NCBI GenBank assembly: GCA_965242925.1
Contig: CBDEUM010000007.1
Location: 1-40,528, forward strand
Direction of reading: 5' to 3'
Source of the DNA: Roseibacillus sp.
GTDB lineage: Bacteria; Verrucomicrobiota; Verrucomicrobiia; Verrucomicrobiales; Akkermansiaceae
DNA length: 40,528 bases
Every line of letters begins with the position of its first letter. Within the stretch, counting starts at the first letter, position 1. The position numbers and the translations under genes were made by a program. Below the pieces are notes generated by a model that worked only from the letters and a program-made list of their open reading frames with translations, did no database searches and was not told the origin of the DNA. Shown piece by piece: positions 1 to 6,921 of this stretch.

Positions 1-373
1 TGTGCCCGGAGAGCTCCCGGAATTACCCGGGGAAGAGAAAGAGCCCGGGAAGAAAGAGGATCCCACCGGGGAAGCGAAGGAGAAGACTCCGGCAGATGAG
101 AACACCGGCCGGGACGACAAGAAGGAGGGACGTCTTCCGCTGTTACGGGATCTGGGGAAAGTGCCCGGGAAGGCCCTCGACCTGATTGGGCGGGAACTGG
201 GAATTGAATCTGGTGAGAAGAAGGCGGAGGAAGAGGAGGCCCCAGGGGAAAAGGAGAAGCGGGCAGACGAGAAGGAAAAGAGCCCGGGAACCGGGGAGAA
301 GGGGAAGTTGCCCAATCAGCCGCCGAAGAAGCAGAAGAGTCTTCCTGATCGGGAGCTGGGGATTAAGAAGTAA
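1..373 (+). CDS. 3' end of a hypothetical protein with a low-complexity E/K/G/P-rich tail (5'-truncated by the window)
   Basis: Open frame from the window edge to TAA at 371-373; purine-rich GAG/AAG codon usage; no recognisable domain. Confidence 0.6.
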   Translation, partial: VPGELPELPGEEKEPGKKEDPTGEAKEKTPADENTGRDDKKEGRLPLLRDLGKVPGKALDLIGRELGIESGEKKAEEEEAPGEKEKRADEKEKSPGTGEKGKLPNQPPKKQKSLPDRELGIKK

Positions 374-433
374 CGGCGGGTCGCGGGCATGGCGCCCGCC
401 CGCATCATGTGCCGGGCAATTGCTCCGAGGTGG

Positions 434-976
434 CTACTCGTTGACGGCAAACTTGCGCCCCTTGCCGCTGATCCACGCGGTGCGAGCACTACTGAGGAGA
501 GCTTCGAGGGTGCCGAGGTCCTTCACGCGAAACTCGATGGTCTTGGCGTGGGTGGTGGAAGGTAACTGCTTATGGACCATGTTGGCCACGTCGGCTCCGG
601 TGCGTTGACCAGCCCGGTCCAGCAGGTCCTTGCCGCGTTCCACGATCTTGCGACCGGTGGCGAGAGAGCCGTATTGGGCGGCGGGAGTGATCTGATAGAC
701 CCGCAGAGTGGTGGCGCCGAGGGTGTCGATTGTGACCTCGGTGATGATCAGGTTGCCGTCGAGGAGATATTCGTGCTTGCTGATGGAGGTGATGCGGCTG
801 AGAGCCACCAGGTAGCTGCCACCGGGCAGGGAGCCCTGCCAGAAACCTTTCTCTGCCAGGGAATCGTTGAAAGGCTTGCCGTCCTGGCCGGTGGCAGTGC
901 TATTGGGGTTGGCAGTGTCCTGGGCTCCGGAGAGCAGGGACATGACGAAGAGAGCGAGGACGGGCAGTGTTTTCAT
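434..976 (-). CDS. secreted hypothetical protein (180 aa)
   Basis: ATG at 976 gives MKTLPVLALFVMSLLSGAQ, a signal-peptide-like N-terminus. The longer ORF extension to 1531 is antisense to the Nudix gene. Confidence 0.75.
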   Translation of the reverse strand: MKTLPVLALFVMSLLSGAQDTANPNSTATGQDGKPFNDSLAEKGFWQGSLPGGSYLVALSRITSISKHEYLLDGNLIITEVTIDTLGATTLRVYQITPAAQYGSLATGRKIVERGKDLLDRAGQRTGADVANMVHKQLPSTTHAKTIEFRVKDLGTLEALLSSARTAWISGKGRKFAVNE

Positions 977-1102
977 GGTCGGTATCCTTGGTTTGTCACC
1001 GACAATATTAGGGTTGGATCCGGGCGCGTCAAAGGATCGTTTGGGGGATAACCCCTGTAGTTCTCGATTGTAGGAGACGTTGCGATCCGCTTTTCTCTGT
1101 CC

Positions 1103-1570
1103 GTGCCGATCTATCGTCCCAATGTGGCGTTCCTGCTTCTTGATGATCACGATCAACTCCTGATCTGCGAACGCTTGAAGATCGAGGGGGCCTGGCAGTT
1201 TCCGCAGGGAGGGATGGACGAGGGGGAGTCTCCGCTGGAGGCCCTGCACCGTGAGGTGGAAGAGGAGGTCGGTTTGCCACCTTCCAGCTACGAGGTGCTC
1301 GAGTCCCGGGACGGCTACTGCTACCTCTTCCCGCCAGAGTTCAAGAAGGGCAAGAAGGGCAAGAAGGGAAAGTTCGACGGACAGACGCAGACGTATTTTC
1401 TCTGCCGCCTGAAGGAGGGGGCGCCTCCCATCAACGTGAACCAGGAGCCCCGCGAGTTTCGGAGCCACACCTGGGCAAAGCCATCGCTCTTTGATCTGCA
1501 GTGGCTTCCGCCCTTTAAACGTCAGGTCCACCGCGATGTCCTGCGGGACTTCTTCGGAGTGGAGGTGTAA
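1103..1570 (+). CDS. rppH: Nudix hydrolase, RNA pyrophosphohydrolase RppH-like
   Basis: YRPNV N-terminus; WQFPQGG followed by Nudix box GMDEGESPLEALHREVEEEVG; GQxQ-YF and PFKRxV motifs typical of RppH. Confidence 0.8.
   Translation: MPIYRPNVAFLLLDDHDQLLICERLKIEGAWQFPQGGMDEGESPLEALHREVEEEVGLPPSSYEVLESRDGYCYLFPPEFKKGKKGKKGKFDGQTQTYFLCRLKEGAPPINVNQEPREFRSHTWAKPSLFDLQWLPPFKRQVHRDVLRDFFGVEV
1343..1369 (+). repeat. 9-bp tandem repeat (AAGAAGGGC x3, last copy AAGAAGGGA) encoding KKG-KKG-KKG
   Basis: Read directly: aagaagggc aagaagggc aagaaggga. Confidence 0.85.
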
Positions 1571-1621
1571 GGCTTGGTTTGCAGGTTTCCCGGTGTGGGA
1601 GCGTGGTTCATTCAGGGGAAT

Positions 1622-2023
1622 TCACAGGGGAGCCTCGTTCGCCAGTGCTTCCACCCCGGGATGGAGGTAGGATTCCTCAATGAGGTTCTGCGCCCAGGGT
1701 TCGGCGGGGGCGAGGTGGCGGAGGATGCGCAGGGCCATGGCTTGGACGGCAGGGATGTCTGACCAGATGACTTCGTTGAGATGACGCCACTCGCCGGGAC
1801 GAAGGCTCCGTGGTTGTTCCAGTTGTGCCAGGACGTTCTCGCTGATGAGGAGACAGCGCTCAAAATCGGGGTCGTTGGGGACGGGCGGGATCTCATAGGT
1901 GAGCAGGGGGACTCCACTGGCCTGGGTCAGTTCACACTTCGACTTGGCCCGGCGGGCAAGGTCCTTGCCGAAGAGGGAGAGGGCCTGCCTACGCTCCTGA
2001 TTGACGTCGTATCCCTTGGCCAT
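1622..2023 (-). CDS. PhnA-like protein (stand-alone N-terminal-type domain)
   Basis: GKDLARRAKSKCEL...YEIPP...WRHLNEVIWSDIPAVQAMALRIL...WA pattern resembles PhnA-family N-terminal domains. Confidence 0.65.
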   Translation of the reverse strand: MAKGYDVNQERRQALSLFGKDLARRAKSKCELTQASGVPLLTYEIPPVPNDPDFERCLLISENVLAQLEQPRSLRPGEWRHLNEVIWSDIPAVQAMALRILRHLAPAEPWAQNLIEESYLHPGVEALANEAPL

Positions 2024-2103
2024 GAGGGGTGGTAAACTCCCTTCGCGTGTCAGGCAAGCCGTGGATCAGGGGATCTTTCCGGTATCAAGGTGCTCACCTC
2101 GGA

Positions 2104-2133
2104 TTGTCACCAGGGCTGTTCCTGTGATAGAGT
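2104..2133 (+). promoter_or_regulatory. sigma70-type promoter, probably leaderless
   Basis: TTGTCA (2104-2109), 18-nt spacer, extended -10 TGaTAGAGT (2125-2133); GTG start 6 nt downstream; no Shine-Dalgarno. Confidence 0.55.
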
Positions 2134-2139
2134 AGGCGC

Positions 2140-2688
2140 GTGAGAGGGACTGCATCTCTGGTCATTGCGATCATGGTTTTTGCCGGAGTCCTGCTGAGTG
2201 GAGGATGCAGCTCCGGCTTGTTGAACGACTCGCAGTCGATTTCGGTGCGCCAGACACTGGCTTATTCGCTTCTGCGTAATCCGAGAGTGGGGCTGGCTAA
2301 CTTTCACGTAAGCGGTCGGCGTGACAATGCCACTGCCGTTGACAACATGCGCCAGGCGGAGCGGGGCCAGCGGTCAAGGCGGAGTTCCTATCAGCGGGCG
2401 CCCGGCGGATCAGCCTATCTCGACAATCGCGTCTTGTGGGCCATGCACTACCTGACCCGTTCCGGCTGGTCGTTCCGGGTGACGGAGCTCGCAGGTGGTT
2501 CGCATAGCGGCAAGTCGCGCCACTACGAAGGAGCGGCCTTTGATGTCGATTACATCAATGGGATCAAGGTCGGGTGGGGGAACCCTCATGTGAAGGGTTT
2601 CATGAGGAGATGCCGCCAGTTGGGAGCGCGCGAGGTGCGAGGACCGGGAATACCGGGACACCGGACGCACGTGCACGTGGAGTGGTAG
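2140..2688 (+). CDS. lipoprotein, Zn-dependent M15/Hedgehog-DD-peptidase-fold peptidase
   Basis: Hydrophobic N-terminus ending LSGGC; H-x6-D motif (SRHYEGAAFD) and C-terminal HVH motif. Confidence 0.7.
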   Translation: MRGTASLVIAIMVFAGVLLSGGCSSGLLNDSQSISVRQTLAYSLLRNPRVGLANFHVSGRRDNATAVDNMRQAERGQRSRRSSYQRAPGGSAYLDNRVLWAMHYLTRSGWSFRVTELAGGSHSGKSRHYEGAAFDVDYINGIKVGWGNPHVKGFMRRCRQLGAREVRGPGIPGHRTHVHVEW

Positions 2689-2713
2689 GAGCTGGGCGAT
2701 GGTCAGCGAGGAC

Positions 2714-3562
2714 TTAGGATCGGTTCTCCAGCCAGAAGGCGGTATAGCGGAGGGCACCCGTGCGGTAGGCGAGGATCATGGCGGGGATGGAGAAGACCAG
2801 CGGGGGACGGCGTAAAGCCAGCCCCAGGGCAGGACCCAGAAAACGGGGTTGAGGAAGGGCGAGCAGGATCCGCCGCGCGATGAGTTGCCAGGTCGGCTCA
2901 ACCAGTTCCGTTAGATCGCGGCAGGCGACCACGGCGAGATCGGCTCTCTCAGCAAACTGACAGTAGTTTTCCACCGTGCCGAGGGATGGAAGGGTTCCCT
3001 CCAGGCAGAGATGCCTGAGAAGCAGGTGCTCGAGAGTGGTGGGATCCGGAGTGACGGTCCAGCAGGCGAGGGCGGTTCGCCCACCCGGTACCAGAACGCG
3101 GTGCAGTTCGCCGAAAAACGCCTCCTTGTCCGGCATGTGGGCGAGCGACTCGATGGCCAGGCCGGCATCAAAGCTGTGATCGGGGAAGTCGTTGTGGAGC
3201 CAGTCGCCCTCTTCAATTCGCACTGTTCCGCGGCCCGGAGCCGGTCCCCGCCGGGCCCTTTCCGCCTGGGAGCGGGAGATGGTGAGGCCGGTGACAGAAG
3301 CGCCGCTTTGCTCCGCGATCCGACGGGCATCGGCCCCATAGCCGCAGCCGATGTCGATGATCCGGGTGGCGGGTCCGGGTTCGAGGGGAGCAAGGAGGAG
3401 TTCGAGGAGGCGGGTTGTGCCCTCTTCCACGGAATGGCTGTCTCCGGCCTCCCAGATGCCGTGATGGAGGTGTTCACCCCAGAAGGAGCGGTAGAACCAG
3501 TCCAGCCGGTCGTAGTGGATGCCGACGTCGGTGGGCGTGATGGGGCGGGGGGACTGGAGCAC
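2714..3562 (-). CDS. class I SAM-dependent methyltransferase, tocopherol/sterol methyltransferase-like
   Basis: HYD...FWGEHLHHGIW, IDIGCGYG (motif I), VTGLTIS, ESLAHMPDK, RVLVPGG. Confidence 0.8.
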   Translation of the reverse strand: MLQSPRPITPTDVGIHYDRLDWFYRSFWGEHLHHGIWEAGDSHSVEEGTTRLLELLLAPLEPGPATRIIDIGCGYGADARRIAEQSGASVTGLTISRSQAERARRGPAPGRGTVRIEEGDWLHNDFPDHSFDAGLAIESLAHMPDKEAFFGELHRVLVPGGRTALACWTVTPDPTTLEHLLLRHLCLEGTLPSLGTVENYCQFAERADLAVVACRDLTELVEPTWQLIARRILLALPQPRFLGPALGLALRRPPLVFSIPAMILAYRTGALRYTAFWLENRS

Positions 3563-3609
3563 GCGGAAAAGCCGTCCGGTTTCGACAGTAGTGATGCGGG
3601 AACCGGCCG

Positions 3610-6600
3610 TTAAGGGTTGAGCTCCATGACAAGGGGGAGCTTGGTGAAGAGGAGGAGGGTGGTGATCCGCGCAGTTGGAAGTCCGAGAAGCTGCGTGATA
3701 GCTTCACGATAGCTCTCAAGTTGCGGTCGATAGTGCTCAGCGGCGTCAGCGGCATCGGATGCGGTCTCCATCCGGTCGGTCTTGAAATCAAGGATGGTGG
3801 CGCGGAGCGCCATGCCATCGGAGCCGTAGCTCACGTGGACACGATCAAAGATGCCCGAGATCCAGTTGCCTTCCCGGAGCAGTTCGTAGTGCCGTTCGCG
3901 CCAGCATTCGATAGTCTCGTTTTTCCGGAGTCGTGGCCGGCTCAGGGCCGCCTCGAAAGAGGGATCGGCGAGGCTGCGTCTCACTTCCTCGCGGGCGGCC
4001 TCGAAGAGGTGTGGCGCACAATGGCGGTGCTCCTCCCAGCGGGGAACATTCCCGGGCGGGTCAAGGTCGTCCAGCCACTCGATATCCTCCAGAAGAGCGT
4101 GCACAATGGTGCCGTGGTTGCGGGCACGATGGCTCTCGCGGGAGAAGAGACTGCCGCCGCCCAGATTGCCGGATCCGGGAGTGGAAGGAATGTGGCGGCG
4201 CGGATGCACGCGGGGCTCCAGGCCGGAAGGGGCGCTTTCTTCATTCCCGGGTGGTTCCGGTGGTTGCTCGCACCTGTAGTTCTCGAACCACTTCGGGTTC
4301 GCGGTATCCCCGGAGGATTCGTAGAGGGTGAGGGCCCGGGCCTGGCCGATCTCCACGGTGGGAGGGTTGTCCTGTGCGATGGTCTCGTGCAGGAGGCGGA
4401 TGAAGTTGCGCTTCTTGCTTCGGGTGGGAAGGCTCGGGGCAATGAGATAGTTGGCCTGTCGGGCGCGGGTGAGGCCAACGTAGAACTTGCAGAGTTGTTC
4501 GTAGGCGGATTCGGCCTCCTGGTCCTGCCAGTAATCGTGGAGGACGGGATCGGTATCGGAGATGATGCGGCGTGGAATGTCAAAGACCCACTCCGGGTTG
4601 CGTGTGTCACGGTTGCGGTGGACCGCGATGTGCCCGCTGTCCCTGCGCGGGATGGAGAGGGAGTCTCCATCGAGACTGGGCAGGAGGACGGTATCGAAGG
4701 TGAGGCCCTTGGCTTTGTGGATGGTCATGACCTGAACTGCGGCGCTGGTGGTGACTCCCCGCACAGTGTAGTTCTCCGCAAAGCGGAGAAACTGGTCCGG
4801 ACCACCGTTGCCGGTCTGGTCGAACATGCGGGCCGCGAGGGCCAGTTCAGCGATGCGGTGTTCAGCGAATTCGTCGAGGGCAATCCCGGCGCTTTCGAAG
4901 CGGTCAGTCCAGGCGCGCAGGGTGTGCTCGTAGCCGCGGCGGTGCAGGGAGGCGAGGACTTCGGCCGATAGTCCGGCCGGGGTGGGGGGAAGGAGGGTCG
5001 CGAGCGGGCTGAAAGTCAGGTGTCTCCAGGCATAACGGTTTGCCGGGTGGGCGGCGACCCGGATGAGGCTGAGGAGGGCCTGGGTGACCGGGTTGTCGAG
5101 AGCAGGGCTGATTTCAGCCTCACTGGCCACCGGAATTTCGCTGCGGGTGTGAGCCCGCAGGTAGTCGACGATTTCGCGGCCGGTTCGGTTGTCCTGCACC
5201 AGGATGGCGCAGCTCAGGCCGCGGGCAATGGGTTGGATCTCTTCCAGCAATTCGAGCGTCAGGGCAAAGCAGTCTTCCCGTTTGACGGTATTTCCCTCTT
5301 CTGGAATGGGCTCATAGAAGGCGGCGTATCCGGGGAGGTCTTTGTTCGGCGGAGCCACCTCGTGCGGATTCCACTCCCAGCGTGAGATGGTTTCGCGGGG
5401 CATCTGGAGGGCCTCAAGGGCGTGGGTGTTTTCGAAGACGCGGTTGACCATGTGGATGACATCTCCACCGGAGCGCCAGGAAACGTCGAGGGATCGGGAG
5501 CGGAGGGAGCGTGGATCATCTTCTGTTCCTCCATAGCGTTCATGGATGTCATCAAAAAGCCGGGTGTCGCCGCCCCGCCAGCCGTAGATGGCCTGCTTGA
5601 CGTCACCTACCTGGAAGAGCGAGCGGTGCTGGGAGACGTCCTGTATCACCTCGTCGATAAGGGGCTCTATGATGGACCATTGCAGGTAGCTGGTATCCTG
5701 AAACTCGTCGAGGAGCCAGTGGTCGAAGCGGCCATCAAGACGGTAGTCAATCCGGAGGCGTTCAAGTTCGTCGGGTTTCTGGCTGAGGATCGGTGAGGAC
5801 TGGGCATGGAGGTCGCGGCCGGAGAGGATGATCTCCAGGTCGCTGAAGGTGAGTTGTCCCCGGCGGCGGACGAGGGAGGAGTAACTCCTTTCATACTGGT
5901 TGAGTACGTGCCAGACACCCTGGGTGCGGTTGAGATGGACGGCAATCTCGTGGGAGATGAGGCGGGTGATGAGGCGCTGAATGATTTCACAGGCCTCGTT
6001 TCTGAAGTGCTGGAGACGGTGACCGACCTTGAAGGAGGATTCCCCCGCCTGGATGGCGGACCAGTTCCCGGGATCGAGAAACTTCTCAAGAAAGAACACC
6101 ACGCGCCGTGGCAGCGGGTTGCCCGGACTGTGGACGAGGGTCTGGTCGCGGAATTCGCGCCAGTAGACCCATTGCTTCTCGGATAGTTCCTGGTCCTCGA
6201 GGATTTCAAAGAGGTCGGCGAAGTCGTCCTCATGGCTGCCAGAGGTGCTGGTCCAGGGGCAACCCCGGGGCCAGATGGCGGCGGGATTTCCCCAGAGGGT
6301 GCGATCGGCAGCATGCAGGAAGATCCCATGGTGCCGGGAGACGAAACGGTCGAGTTGATTGACCACCCGGGCTTCCTCCTGGCCGAAAGTGGCGCGTTTG
6401 AAGGATTCAAGAAACTCACTGCGATGCTGATCGTGCCGGTTGCGAAAGACTTCGCGGTAGACATCGTGCCGGGCGAGATTGGCGGCGTGTTCGTCGAGGA
6501 TGTCGAACTGGCTGCTCAGTCCGAACTCAGCGGGGAAGCTGCGCAGGATATTGGAGAAAAAGCTGTCGAGGGTGCCCAGGAAGAGTGAGGGCATGCATTT

Positions 6601-6921
6601 CAGGAAGACGGAAAGGAGATGAACGTAGTCCTCCTGACCCAGTTGAGAGAGGATGGGATAGGAGGGATCGGCAGGATCCTGGGCCAGGGCAGCGCGAGCT
6701 TTTTCGTCGAGGGCGGCGGAGGCGAGCTTCCTGAGGATGGATTCGAAGAATTCCCCGGCCGCCTTGCGGGTGAAGGTAACCGCCACGATGCGCTCGGGCC
6801 GGATCTCCTCCTTTGCGAGGAGAGCCTGTCCCATGATCGCAAGGTAGCGATTGGTGAGCTGCCAGGTTTTCCCGGAGCCCGCCGAGGCGAGGATTCGTTC
6901 GTTCTGGAGCGGGGAGATCAC
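3610..6921 (-). CDS. addA: ATP-dependent helicase/nuclease subunit A (UvrD/AddA family)
   Basis: Walker A ASAGSGKT; TFTRKAAGE; DEFQDT; VGDVKQAIYGWRGG; MTIHKAKGL; YVGLTRAR; C-terminal RecB-type nuclease GIFDRV...DFKTD...QLESY. Confidence 0.9.
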   Translation of the reverse strand: MISPLQNERILASAGSGKTWQLTNRYLAIMGQALLAKEEIRPERIVAVTFTRKAAGEFFESILRKLASAALDEKARAALAQDPADPSYPILSQLGQEDYVHLLSVFLKCMPSLFLGTLDSFFSNILRSFPAEFGLSSQFDILDEHAANLARHDVYREVFRNRHDQHRSEFLESFKRATFGQEEARVVNQLDRFVSRHHGIFLHAADRTLWGNPAAIWPRGCPWTSTSGSHEDDFADLFEILEDQELSEKQWVYWREFRDQTLVHSPGNPLPRRVVFFLEKFLDPGNWSAIQAGESSFKVGHRLQHFRNEACEIIQRLITRLISHEIAVHLNRTQGVWHVLNQYERSYSSLVRRRGQLTFSDLEIILSGRDLHAQSSPILSQKPDELERLRIDYRLDGRFDHWLLDEFQDTSYLQWSIIEPLIDEVIQDVSQHRSLFQVGDVKQAIYGWRGGDTRLFDDIHERYGGTEDDPRSLRSRSLDVSWRSGGDVIHMVNRVFENTHALEALQMPRETISRWEWNPHEVAPPNKDLPGYAAFYEPIPEEGNTVKREDCFALTLELLEEIQPIARGLSCAILVQDNRTGREIVDYLRAHTRSEIPVASEAEISPALDNPVTQALLSLIRVAAHPANRYAWRHLTFSPLATLLPPTPAGLSAEVLASLHRRGYEHTLRAWTDRFESAGIALDEFAEHRIAELALAARMFDQTGNGGPDQFLRFAENYTVRGVTTSAAVQVMTIHKAKGLTFDTVLLPSLDGDSLSIPRRDSGHIAVHRNRDTRNPEWVFDIPRRIISDTDPVLHDYWQDQEAESAYEQLCKFYVGLTRARQANYLIAPSLPTRSKKRNFIRLLHETIAQDNPPTVEIGQARALTLYESSGDTANPKWFENYRCEQPPEPPGNEESAPSGLEPRVHPRRHIPSTPGSGNLGGGSLFSRESHRARNHGTIVHALLEDIEWLDDLDPPGNVPRWEEHRHCAPHLFEAAREEVRRSLADPSFEAALSRPRLRKNETIECWRERHYELLREGNWISGIFDRVHVSYGSDGMALRATILDFKTDRMETASDAADAAEHYRPQLESYREAITQLLGLPTARITTLLLFTKLPLVMELNP

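Noticed and set aside
191..366. Duplicated RELGI peptide in the first partial ORF
   Set aside because: Too short and within low-complexity sequence; cannot be interpreted without the rest of the gene.
977..1531. N-terminal extension of the 434..1531 ORF
   Set aside because: Overlaps rppH antisense; a signal peptide begins at the ATG at 976.
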